From a virus, in the IMG/VR virus record IMGVR_UViG_3300048997_000130, positions 32,001 through 96,000 of that record: a DNA stretch of 64,000 nucleotides; one strand, given 5' to 3'. How positions within the stretch are numbered: position 1 is the first letter of the stretch; the number at the start of each line of letters is the position of its first letter. This document shows, one piece after another, positions 29,323-38,588 of this stretch. The position numbers and the translations under genes are program-made. Under the pieces are notes generated by a model. That model did not search any database. It was not told where the DNA came from and was given only the letters and a program-made list of their open reading frames with translations.

Positions 29323-30428
29323 ATGATAACATAGATTTAGATGAATTAAAATCAGAACTTAAACAAGCGCGTCTAGCTTATTTTAATTTAAATCCTGTCA
29401 TATCTGATGCGGAATATGATGCCAAAAAAGAATTATTAGCTAAATACGAACCTGACGCAGCAGAAATCAAAGCGGTAGGAGCGGATCCGCCTAAGATATC
29501 AGTGTGGGAAAAAGTCCAACATAAAATACCGATGGGGTCTCTAGATAAGGTTAATACTGAATCGGAATTCCTAGAGTGGGCTAATAAACTAGGATCTGAT
29601 ACATCATTTTTATTTATTCATAAAATTGATGGATCGAGTATGGAAGTTGTCTATGAACATGGTCAGTTAATTCGATGCGTCACCAGAGGGAACGGGATAA
29701 TTGGGGAAGATATAACCAATAATGGAATACAGATCCCTAATATTCCTAAGTTCATTCCGATACAACATGAAGAAATAATCATACGTGGCGAAGTTGTCAT
29801 GTTGAAAGATGTCTTCCATAATAAATATGCTCAAGTATACGCCAATCCAAGGAACACAGCCAACGGAAAACTTCGAGAACGTAAGTCTGGAGGTTTAAAT
29901 TGTGCCGATCTCATATTTTTAGCGTTTACTTTGGAATCCAGTTCTGCACCAAAGCTGGAATATCTAAGAATGAAAGCTCTTCAAAAAATGGGATTTTCTG
30001 TTCCAGAATTTGAAGTAGGATCTGCAGCACAAGCAGTAAGCTGGCAACAATCAATAATAGGAAACAGGAATTCGATTCCATACGAAATCGATGGAATCGT
30101 AGTTCGAGCCAATAATATTTCTCTCCAAGAAGAGCTTGGAGAAATAAATATGAGACCTAGAGCTCAAATCGCTTATAAATTCGAATCTGCTACCGGGATT
30201 TCCCAAGTCATAGATATAAAATGGCAAGTAGGATTGACTGGTCGAATTACAGCAGTAGCATCTGTGGAACCAGTTAATATTGGAGGCGTAGTAATCACTT
30301 CCATATCACTTCATAATTTAAAATTATTCCAAGATTTAAAATTATTTAAAGGATGTAGAATATTGATCTCACGTCGTAATGACGTTATTCCGTATTGTGA
30401 AAAAAATTTAGATGCAGCGTCAGATTAG
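29319..30428 (+). CDS. ligA: NAD-dependent DNA ligase, N-terminal half (adenylation + OB)
   Basis: ISDAEYD, MGSLDK, KIDG adenylation motif, TRGNG..GEDIT, IRGEV, NPRN, EIDGIVV, AYKF, WQVGLTG, RRNDVIP then stop. Confidence 0.92.
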   Translation: MNDNIDLDELKSELKQARLAYFNLNPVISDAEYDAKKELLAKYEPDAAEIKAVGADPPKISVWEKVQHKIPMGSLDKVNTESEFLEWANKLGSDTSFLFIHKIDGSSMEVVYEHGQLIRCVTRGNGIIGEDITNNGIQIPNIPKFIPIQHEEIIIRGEVVMLKDVFHNKYAQVYANPRNTANGKLRERKSGGLNCADLIFLAFTLESSSAPKLEYLRMKALQKMGFSVPEFEVGSAAQAVSWQQSIIGNRNSIPYEIDGIVVRANNISLQEELGEINMRPRAQIAYKFESATGISQVIDIKWQVGLTGRITAVASVEPVNIGGVVITSISLHNLKLFQDLKLFKGCRILISRRNDVIPYCEKNLDAASD

Positions 30429-30430
30429 AT

Positions 30431-31438
30431 ATGATTTATAATACTATCACAGGTATCACTAGTTATTTAACATCTCTAGATGGATTCAATAGATTAATTA
30501 TTGATAGAAGGCGAGCTGTAAAAAATGAAGAACTGTTAGATGAATTTATAATTTTAGGCCATTGGACAATTGATAAATTTGGTCAATGTATCAAAATTGG
30601 AAGCAGTGAAACTCCAGATGGATATCGGAGACCCGGTGTACAAGAATTAATTAATATATCCAATCCAGGAGAAACTGTGATTTCTAAACAGGGATTTTAT
30701 GATGAATGGCCCGGAGTTATATTAACTACGCATTTTGAATCACAAATTCCTAAGTCATCTTTAATATGTCCAGTATGTGGATTGGGTTGGAATATTAAAA
30801 ATTGTTATGATACTCAAACGCTCGAAAAATCTATTGATTATCAATTATCCAAACAAATCGGAAAATCATTATACGATTTTCTGAATGAAAATCTCCCACA
30901 AGATGAGCTGTGGATATATAGAGGCGAGATTCGGAATGATGCATTAATCGATAATGCTCCTCATCCAAGTGTGATAGGAGCAAAAGTTAATGAACATGGC
31001 TGGTATAGACCAGCCGTTGAATCATGCCATATGATACAAGATGGAGATTATGCAGCGTTTGCAGTGCAAACGTTTTTTCATAAACAATGTTATTCAGCAA
31101 GGATTAGTCAACAAATTAGAAAAAGTTATGTAGAAATGTTAGAAAAATCTGGTTGGGGAGATTCTGAATTGATAGCTATTCCCAATGAATATTCAACATA
31201 CGAGAAGTTCGAACCATGGTTTTTAGTCAAACATCCATTAGGGACGCTCAAAATCGGGTGGAGGAAACGCGTTCTCCAAATTGATTGGTCAGGGACCGGG
31301 ATTCCAATATTTGATGAATTTCGTGATGAAAAAACAACTCATAACACCACATTTATACATGCACATAATCTAGAAAAAGCGGCTGATTATTTAAAAATAA
31401 TCAAATTTAAGATTCAACAGGCGACCGCGTTGCGTTAA
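30431..31438 (+). CDS. conserved-looking phage hypothetical protein
   Basis: 335 aa; CPVC...C motif and IPNEY...PWF...IGWRKRVLQIDW segment. Confidence 0.6.
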   Translation: MIYNTITGITSYLTSLDGFNRLIIDRRRAVKNEELLDEFIILGHWTIDKFGQCIKIGSSETPDGYRRPGVQELINISNPGETVISKQGFYDEWPGVILTTHFESQIPKSSLICPVCGLGWNIKNCYDTQTLEKSIDYQLSKQIGKSLYDFLNENLPQDELWIYRGEIRNDALIDNAPHPSVIGAKVNEHGWYRPAVESCHMIQDGDYAAFAVQTFFHKQCYSARISQQIRKSYVEMLEKSGWGDSELIAIPNEYSTYEKFEPWFLVKHPLGTLKIGWRKRVLQIDWSGTGIPIFDEFRDEKTTHNTTFIHAHNLEKAADYLKIIKFKIQQATALR

Positions 31439-31664
31439 GCATAGACTCGAGCGCTTCCATGGTTTCAAACGAAACTATAGTAAGTCGTATTCTTTTACCG
31501 TCCAAATGTTGTAATGCGACTTGTAAATCCAGTCCTTTATTATCTTCATCCACTAATACAAATCGTTGAGTATTAGGATCTAATGTGACTATGCCATCAA
31601 TAATTAATCCGGCATCAAATCCATGTTGGAATTGATCTCGTTTATTATCATAATCAATTGCCAT
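31407..31664 (-). CDS. hypothetical protein
   Basis: 85-aa ORF. Confidence 0.5.
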   Translation of the reverse strand: MAIDYDNKRDQFQHGFDAGLIIDGIVTLDPNTQRFVLVDEDNKGLDLQVALQHLDGKRIRLTIVSFETMEALESMLNATRSPVES

Positions 31665-31761
31665 TTATAATCTCATGCATCGAATAAATTCCTGAATTAT
31701 ACTCAACCATACTATTATTAGATATAATCCAAGCATCAGCCCTATAATTTCTAATAAAAAT

Positions 31762-32004
31762 ATGGCATCAGGATCTCACGCCTTATTCTTGCAAGGCGCT
31801 AAAGAGTTATATTCTAAGATTAAATCATCTTCTGATTTTAGAGTCCAATCATATACTAGTCCAGTAGAACATTTGATATCGGAATTTGAATCTTGGGAAT
31901 TAGAACCTCCTGAAGATATACGACGAGTTCAATCAATTGTTAAATTGATTGAACTCACCAGAACCATCAATGAGCTCATAGTCAACAGTTCGAAACCAAG
32001 TTAA
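31762..32004 (+). CDS. hypothetical protein
   Basis: 80-aa ORF. Confidence 0.5.
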   Translation: MASGSHALFLQGAKELYSKIKSSSDFRVQSYTSPVEHLISEFESWELEPPEDIRRVQSIVKLIELTRTINELIVNSSKPS

Positions 32005-32111
32005 ATCGTTGGTTCTCCGGGATTTAGAAAATTAAATTGAATAAATTGCCTTAAACAACATCAAGCCATTAAGTGATTCTTCGTGAATATATGATTTCCG
32101 ATATCAGGAAA

Positions 32112-35100
32112 TCAACTGCATCCCGTAGTATTTCCACAGCTACTACATAAATAGCAACTCCCGCATCTGCGAGTAATCGATCCACAATTGTTACAAGGTG
32201 GAGCATCAATATTCATCTCATTATTAGGAGATGATGATAATTCAGAAGCCGGGATTGCCGTAGGAGTTATGGACTCCGGAGTAGTAGTTGTATTCCCGTA
32301 AGCTTTATCCAAACCAGAATTTTTCCCAGAAAAATAAGTCAAATCGATATATTTAAATATATAGTCATATAGACTATCTGTAAATCGAATCTTAGGATTA
32401 CCCGTATATCCAGATGGTTCAAATTTCGTATTTACGAAACAACGCACCAATTTTTCGAGTGGAACCCCGTGCTGAATAGAAATACTAAGAAGTTTAGTAA
32501 AACTATCCACCAAACCACCCATGGTGGACCCAATTTTCCCTAATCGCACAAATACTTCGCCGGGAGATCCGTCATCATATTCACCAACAATAATATACCC
32601 AGTATGTCCTGCTATATTAAATTTATGACGCCGACTATGTGAATCTATAGGCATTTTGCGTCTATCTGTCACACGGACTTCTCGTATGACTTCCCGAACA
32701 GTTTCCTTAATGCCTGATCCGGATTCCTCTGAAAAACGATTTTTAGTCTTTAGAGGTTGTGATTTCTTGCATCCGTCTCTATATAAAGCTATACATTTGA
32801 GACCGAGTTCCCAACCGATTTTATATAAATCTGCAATTTCTTCCGGAGAAGCTGTTGTTGGTAAATTTACAGTCTTGCTTTGAGCACATGTAATGAGCGG
32901 CTGAATAGCCGCCATCATTTTTAAATGCCCAAGCGGAGGAACGCAACGACCTGATGGTCCGGAAGCCATAGCACAATCAAATATCGGTAAATGTTCTGAT
33001 AGAAGTCCTGGAGCACCTTCAATGAATGAATTTTCCTCTAGATATTCACAAATCCCTTGAATAACCGGCTCTGAATATCCAAGATTGACGAGTGCGGCCT
33101 TCACAGACCCATTCACAAGTTTCATAACACCGCCACCAACAAGCGATTTATATGAAACTAAAGCAAATGCTGGTTCAATCCCTGTCGTATTCATCCCCAT
33201 AAGGAATGAAATCGTATTATGCGACACGAATCCATTGGCAATATATGTAACATTCCCAGGGACTGATATATCATAAGTAAGTTGACGGCCTTGCGATTCC
33301 ACCGTAGTAATTTCATCGTAATAAAAAGAAAGCGCATGTTGCAATCGACCAGCAAAATCAGGAATAAACTTTTCAGCAATATGCCTTGGAATCCGACCAT
33401 CAATATATCTCATTGTAGCGATTTTGCGAAAATCATGACCTATCGGACACACTTCATTAAATAATTCTTCATCAAGATAAATATAATCTCGAGCCCATTC
33501 AGTTTTCCCAAGCACTTTATCAGCCTTACGCGAACATGTAAAACCAACACGTTCCATGAACACACTAGTGAAGTTCCGAGATGTTACCGTTAAACGATAA
33601 ACAGGTTTATCACTATAACCGCCCGTCTGTATATCAAATCTTGTTGGAATCCCAACAGCCAATAACATAGTTTGCACATCACGAATGAAAGCTTCTGATT
33701 TGTTCGTGAGAGATGGTAATCCGTTGGTTACCGAACCATCACAAGTGAATAAACCTCGCAAATAAGCCCCGTATGCTCGCTTATCATTTGTAGCAAGAAT
33801 CGCATCGGGAACATGAGCTTCGAGATGGTCTATTACTTCGATTTTTGCAAATCCAGAAATTGACCACCAAGTTTTGATTTGTGTAGAATTCAAACATAAT
33901 GATATACAGTTATCAGCTGACGTAATAGTTGGATCTTTTCCGAAAAGCTCACGAATGAATCCAGCGCAACGCTCGCGCGCGTCACAATCTTGAGCGTCGA
34001 ATGCAAATCGTAGGCCTTTATGATGCGTCGAACCGTTGGCCGCAAATAATCCACACAATTCCGCCAAACGAATATCGACAATGTTTGGAATTCTAACGCC
34101 TCTATCATAATTCGGGACTAGAGAAGCAGGTAATTTCGGTAACGAAATTTGACGACTCTCGCCGAACAGTTGATTCATACTCAACGGAACAACATCTCCT
34201 TCTTTCAAAGCATCAAAACGGCGCCATTCCCATTGTCCATTCACAATAACTTTGATTTGATGCTTTGGGGTCCCGCGAAGTTGGAATCCACGATCAGTAG
34301 TCACGCCAATAATATCATCTTCACCATTTACATAAAATTGTGTAGCTTGACGTGGTCCAGCATCTGTTTGAACCATGAATTCTACATCTTGCCATTTTTC
34401 ACCATCAGGATTCCCGAGATCTTCAATTCGAATAAGTCCAAGATCTGTTGCGATAAGCGAACCTGCGATAAGGCATCCGAGTGGGGCCTGCAGACTAGCT
34501 TGTGATATACTGAATCCATGGCGCTCACCGAGTTTAATTACTTCTTCCCAAACACTATCCGATAAAGCGCAAACATCATCACCCAATGGATCAAAAGTCC
34601 CTAAATTCCAGCGTTTAGAAATATTCCGGTTGGCTTCTCGATGCATATGCATAATATTCAACATTGCATCGCGATTTTTTTCAAATTCCGAAAATGCAGC
34701 CGTCCGAGCAGCTAATTTGGCTGACCATAAATAAGCATAACCAGTCATGAGACTTGCTAACCGAGCAGCAATAGCACGGCCTTCATCCGAATTATAAGCA
34801 TGACCAAGTTGCATGAGCAGCGATCCAAGATCGCCGTAATTGAGACCGATCGGTCTCAATGCCAACGAATTCTTAGTAATAGAGTCTGTCGGATAGTCGG
34901 CTTTGGCAATAATAGCATTTTGCGCGGTCACGAAAACGCGGACCGAATGCATGAATCGCTGCGTATTTAATTTGCCATCATCAAACATTCGAGTCAAATT
35001 GATAGCACATAAATTGCATGCAGTGTTATCGACATGAGCAAATTCAGCACAGGGATTCGTAGCTCGGATCCTCCCACTACTTGGTGTGGTGTGCCAACGA

Positions 35101-36212
35101 TTTATAGTGTCGGTAAATTGGACACCAGGATCACCGCACATCCATGCAGCCTGTGCTATTTCAGTCCACAGTTCGCGCGCTTTATATTCATGAACAACTT
35201 CTCCAGTTAATCGTTCACGCGTCTTCCACATCCCATCATCAACAACCGCCTGCATAAAAGCGTCGGGAATGCTCACTGAATGATTGGCATTTTGGAATGA
35301 TACCCATTTATATGCAGAATTAGGATCGTCGTAAGCTGCACTATATCCACATTCAATAAGATCATGCGCTCGTTTTTCTTCTATAGCTTTACATCGAATA
35401 AATCCAGGACGCCCATCCATGGTCTCTAAAATATCTGGATGATCCATATCCATAATAGCCATTTTAGCCGCATTCCGAGTGGAACCACCGCTCTTCATGG
35501 CCTTGGCGCCCTTATCAAGCTCCTCCATCCATCCAAGGGGGCCACATACATACGCCCCTGAAGAGAGTTTTTCATATGATGAGCGAATTTTAGATAAATT
35601 GGCTCCTGAACCAGAGCCACCAGCAAATATAATTTTTTCAGATTTGCTGAATTCCATGATTGAATCCAACGTATCATCAACCCCAGAAATAAAACAAGCC
35701 GATGCGGCTTGGCGTCTATCTGGAATACCTACATTAAACCAGACTGGAGAATTGAATGCACCATATTGATGAAGGAGCGCATAAATTAATTCGGCTTCAT
35801 AAATTTCAGCATCTTTAGGAGAATTAAAATATTGTTGCTCATCAGCCCATTGAGTTAGCGTACGAGCAACTCGGCTAAAAAGTTGTTTAGCCGAGGTTTC
35901 TTTCACTCCATTTACCATTCTAAAATATTTACTAACTACTACATTAATGGTTGTCTCGTTCCACCAGTCAGGGACTTCGACATCGAGTTGTTCGAATACC
36001 TTCGAACCATCAGCTCGAACCATCTTAGAATCAACTATTTTCCATTTAATACTGTCAAAAGGATGGACTCCTTCTTGTGTAAAGATACGAGTCCATTTAC
36101 CAGATTCCCTGCCTTCTTTAGAAACACCAATAATGGAATCAAATACTTTCCCTACAGGTGAATCTGATCCGGATTCGGTGTTTTTATTAAGAGCGGCGGA
36201 TCCGTTTGACAT
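32112..36212 (-). CDS. nrdJ: class II (B12-dependent) ribonucleotide reductase, intein-containing, with C-terminal TSCPD/zinc-ribbon
   Basis: AFNSPVWFN, SACFI, GSGSG, NPCAEF active site, APLG/TIS, TTGIEP, SKTVN, YRDG; C-terminal CNNCG...CSSCG. Confidence 0.92.
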   Translation of the reverse strand: MSNGSAALNKNTESGSDSPVGKVFDSIIGVSKEGRESGKWTRIFTQEGVHPFDSIKWKIVDSKMVRADGSKVFEQLDVEVPDWWNETTINVVVSKYFRMVNGVKETSAKQLFSRVARTLTQWADEQQYFNSPKDAEIYEAELIYALLHQYGAFNSPVWFNVGIPDRRQAASACFISGVDDTLDSIMEFSKSEKIIFAGGSGSGANLSKIRSSYEKLSSGAYVCGPLGWMEELDKGAKAMKSGGSTRNAAKMAIMDMDHPDILETMDGRPGFIRCKAIEEKRAHDLIECGYSAAYDDPNSAYKWVSFQNANHSVSIPDAFMQAVVDDGMWKTRERLTGEVVHEYKARELWTEIAQAAWMCGDPGVQFTDTINRWHTTPSSGRIRATNPCAEFAHVDNTACNLCAINLTRMFDDGKLNTQRFMHSVRVFVTAQNAIIAKADYPTDSITKNSLALRPIGLNYGDLGSLLMQLGHAYNSDEGRAIAARLASLMTGYAYLWSAKLAARTAAFSEFEKNRDAMLNIMHMHREANRNISKRWNLGTFDPLGDDVCALSDSVWEEVIKLGERHGFSISQASLQAPLGCLIAGSLIATDLGLIRIEDLGNPDGEKWQDVEFMVQTDAGPRQATQFYVNGEDDIIGVTTDRGFQLRGTPKHQIKVIVNGQWEWRRFDALKEGDVVPLSMNQLFGESRQISLPKLPASLVPNYDRGVRIPNIVDIRLAELCGLFAANGSTHHKGLRFAFDAQDCDARERCAGFIRELFGKDPTITSADNCISLCLNSTQIKTWWSISGFAKIEVIDHLEAHVPDAILATNDKRAYGAYLRGLFTCDGSVTNGLPSLTNKSEAFIRDVQTMLLAVGIPTRFDIQTGGYSDKPVYRLTVTSRNFTSVFMERVGFTCSRKADKVLGKTEWARDYIYLDEELFNEVCPIGHDFRKIATMRYIDGRIPRHIAEKFIPDFAGRLQHALSFYYDEITTVESQGRQLTYDISVPGNVTYIANGFVSHNTISFLMGMNTTGIEPAFALVSYKSLVGGGVMKLVNGSVKAALVNLGYSEPVIQGICEYLEENSFIEGAPGLLSEHLPIFDCAMASGPSGRCVPPLGHLKMMAAIQPLITCAQSKTVNLPTTASPEEIADLYKIGWELGLKCIALYRDGCKKSQPLKTKNRFSEESGSGIKETVREVIREVRVTDRRKMPIDSHSRRHKFNIAGHTGYIIVGEYDDGSPGEVFVRLGKIGSTMGGLVDSFTKLLSISIQHGVPLEKLVRCFVNTKFEPSGYTGNPKIRFTDSLYDYIFKYIDLTYFSGKNSGLDKAYGNTTTTPESITPTAIPASELSSSPNNEMNIDAPPCNNCGSITRRCGSCYLCSSCGNTTGCS
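33216..34475 (-). mobile_element. intein with LAGLIDADG endonuclease in nrdJ (420 aa)
   Basis: Starts CLIAGS, ends YDISVPGNVTYIANGFVSHN followed by Thr; blocks CGLFAANG and YLRGLFTCDG. Confidence 0.92.
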
Positions 36213-37113
36213 TTTTTGCCTCCTCGGACAAGCGAATTATTTCTATTTCTAGGCCAGTGCGTGCAGAGCCGTCGCCACGTTTATGGAGGATATCCAAATC
36301 ACATAGCATATTATAACTTGTAATTAAAGAGTCCATAGTCCATAAACCTAAACGCGACTCGAACATTTTCTTACACACAAAAGGATGAATGTTCAATAAC
36401 TTGGCAATCTCTGTTTGAGATATACCATGCGATGCAGCATATTCCATTCGTAACTGTTGAATGACATGACGCTGCAGATATGCTAATATCCATCCTGTCT
36501 CATCCATCCGCTCTTGGAGTGCGTCCAAGTAGGCTAATGCTTTGGCAGGATGTCCTTCGCATATCGAATCTATAACTTCCTTCGGAGTAAGATCTGCGGA
36601 AAAACACAATACGGATTTAGCATCTGCTGGTGTTATAACACCAGCAGATGCTATAACCGATAGTTTCATTATCTCAGACGAAATCTTCCGCAGACTCTTC
36701 CCTGAGCTCACAAAAAGCGCACTGGCAACGCAACTTAGATCGATATTAAGCCTTTCGCCTTCTTTTATGATCCAAGGTAGGTATTCATTCTTATCGTCAT
36801 ACGCTTTCAATTTTGAAAAATTATGAATGCGTTTGGCTCGAGAATCTGTTAATTTAATTTTCGGAGTCGAAATTATTATTAATATATCAGATTCCCCAGC
36901 TGGTAGTTGCACAGGGATTTCTTTAGCATTCCATAAAATGAAAACATGACTAGAATGATTGAAAGGTTTGATTGAAATATCATCTAAGTATTGATTTAAA
37001 TTTATCGATGCGTCATATTCAGAAGATTCAAGCAGACTACACGAGACTTCGTCCTTAACTGCTCGTTCTTTCAGGAAATCTTCATCACCATTAATAAGGA
37101 TTAATTGCGGCAC
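36187..37113 (-). CDS. holA: DNA polymerase III delta subunit-like
   Basis: LILINGDEDFLKERAV start, SLRKISSEIMKL, C-terminal IHPF...DILHK...LEIEIIRL pattern. Confidence 0.75.
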   Translation of the reverse strand: MPQLILINGDEDFLKERAVKDEVSCSLLESSEYDASINLNQYLDDISIKPFNHSSHVFILWNAKEIPVQLPAGESDILIIISTPKIKLTDSRAKRIHNFSKLKAYDDKNEYLPWIIKEGERLNIDLSCVASALFVSSGKSLRKISSEIMKLSVIASAGVITPADAKSVLCFSADLTPKEVIDSICEGHPAKALAYLDALQERMDETGWILAYLQRHVIQQLRMEYAASHGISQTEIAKLLNIHPFVCKKMFESRLGLWTMDSLITSYNMLCDLDILHKRGDGSARTGLEIEIIRLSEEAKNVKRIRRS

Positions 37114-37916
37114 GGATCAAAACATCTCGATTGAAGATTAATACAAATCCTATGCCAATGTAATAAAATGTTTGCTGATGGAATCGATTCTAATAGAGCC
37201 GCAAATTTTAAAAACATAATAGCTCCAGGAATATGTTCCTTATTGATAGCAATAGCATGAACCGCCTGCTTGATAACTAATGAAATAGCATCACGTTCAG
37301 GACCATATTCATTTTTATGTTCACAAATAACTGTTGGAATAGGACACAATATTGAATCCATTCCGCCGGTTATCATCTTTTGAACAGTTATATTTAACTC
37401 TGCAAAATTTGAACAGTTAATGGTTCCAAATAATCCAGGGCGACCATAACAAAGATTAATTTTCAAGGCGTCCTCAGATTCAAAAAGGACTGCCATCTCT
37501 GCTGGGTTTAAAGTAGTCCAAGTAATGATTCTTTCGAATCGAGATCGTAATGGAGAAATTGTTGAATCAATATCTGAAGTAACAAAAATGATACGGGAAG
37601 CCGATGGTGTATCTTCACATAATTTTAAATATACATTCTGTGCAGGTTCATTTAATCGATGTAGATTATTGATAACAGCTATTCGAGTAGATCCGAATAT
37701 AGAACGATGAGAAAAAAATTCTCGAACTTCTCGAGCCCCTTCAATACCTTCAGGGACTAATAAATAATCAGTAGATTCAAAATGGTCTTTCAGATATTCC
37801 TGAATGAATGAGTGTTTTCCGATATAATCAGGTCCCGATAATACTAAACTCCGTATATTATTCGGAATTAGATTTTGGATAGTCTGTTGTTGCGAGCAGA
37901 GATTGCCGTGAATCAT
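37101..37916 (-). CDS. holB: DNA polymerase III delta-prime-like
   Basis: Degenerate Walker A SGPDYIGK, LNEPAQNVYLKLCEDTP, TISPLRSRF. Confidence 0.75.
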   Translation of the reverse strand: MIHGNLCSQQQTIQNLIPNNIRSLVLSGPDYIGKHSFIQEYLKDHFESTDYLLVPEGIEGAREVREFFSHRSIFGSTRIAVINNLHRLNEPAQNVYLKLCEDTPSASRIIFVTSDIDSTISPLRSRFERIITWTTLNPAEMAVLFESEDALKINLCYGRPGLFGTINCSNFAELNITVQKMITGGMDSILCPIPTVICEHKNEYGPERDAISLVIKQAVHAIAINKEHIPGAIMFLKFAALLESIPSANILLHWHRICINLQSRCFDPCRN

Positions 37917-38040
37917 AAGTATTAATTTCAGTTAGTTTTATTTCTATTTTATACAATCGACGACATTTCATACATTCAACAACATTAATCAGTCCAGTTG
38001 AATCCAGTCCAGTTGAATCACAAAATAAACAAAAAAACAT
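37858..38040 (-). CDS. small zinc-ribbon protein
   Basis: CLFC and CMKC pairs; contains a 15-bp tandem duplication (DSTGL x2). Confidence 0.4.
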   Translation of the reverse strand: MFFCLFCDSTGLDSTGLINVVECMKCRRLYKIEIKLTEINTYDSRQSLLATTDYPKSNSE

Positions 38041-38045
38041 AACAA

Positions 38046-38246
38046 TTAATAATTAAATGCACCACCAACGGGAACAGACCAAATAAAATTACAGGTCACA
38101 CATTTGAAAATAGATACTGATGAACCTTGTGGATTGATTGAATAACAAGATGTGCTTTTACAACTTTGACCAGAGGTCAATTGATCAGAACCACGCCGGC
38201 ATTTTGCCATTACGATTGGATAACTAGGTGTTTTAGGATCAGACAT
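38046..38246 (-). CDS. small Cys-rich zinc-ribbon protein
   Basis: 66 aa; C...CKSTSC...CVTC. Confidence 0.55.
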   Translation of the reverse strand: MSDPKTPSYPIVMAKCRRGSDQLTSGQSCKSTSCYSINPQGSSVSIFKCVTCNFIWSVPVGGAFNY

Positions 38247-38249
38247 GGA

Positions 38250-38582
38250 TTATTTAGTAAACGTTACCGCTACGTAAGCTGCTATACGATTCAAGATATC
38301 TGATGGAGGTTCTGTAAAAAATTGCGATATAGAGATTTGTCCGGCTATTTTCTGGCAAAGTAAAAAATCCGATAATAATAAAGTCCAAGATTCGTGTGAT
38401 TGTTTAGTTTTCAAGAATATAATCTTCGGCATATCAGGCGATTCTTGAATAGACCACAGTAATTGATCTTGCTTATAACGATAAATTAATTTAGGTAATA
38501 ATCGTATAGCTTCCGTCTGAAGGAGCGGACGAAGCCGTCGCCCCTTCACAAATTGATCATTCAGACTCCCGTCAAAGGCCAT
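38250..38582 (-). CDS. hypothetical protein
   Basis: 110-aa ORF in the operon. Confidence 0.55.
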   Translation of the reverse strand: MAFDGSLNDQFVKGRRLRPLLQTEAIRLLPKLIYRYKQDQLLWSIQESPDMPKIIFLKTKQSHESWTLLLSDFLLCQKIAGQISISQFFTEPPSDILNRIAAYVAVTFTK

Positions 38583-38588
38583 TTAATA

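Noticed and set aside
30426-30434. Stop-codon reassignment explaining the short ligA-N
   Set aside because: In-frame TGA follows two codons later, the C-half is on the other strand, and long genes are intact in the standard code.
37990-38019. 15-bp tandem duplication CAGTCCAGTTGAATC x2
   Set aside because: Two copies, in-frame within a small ORF; an ordinary slippage event.
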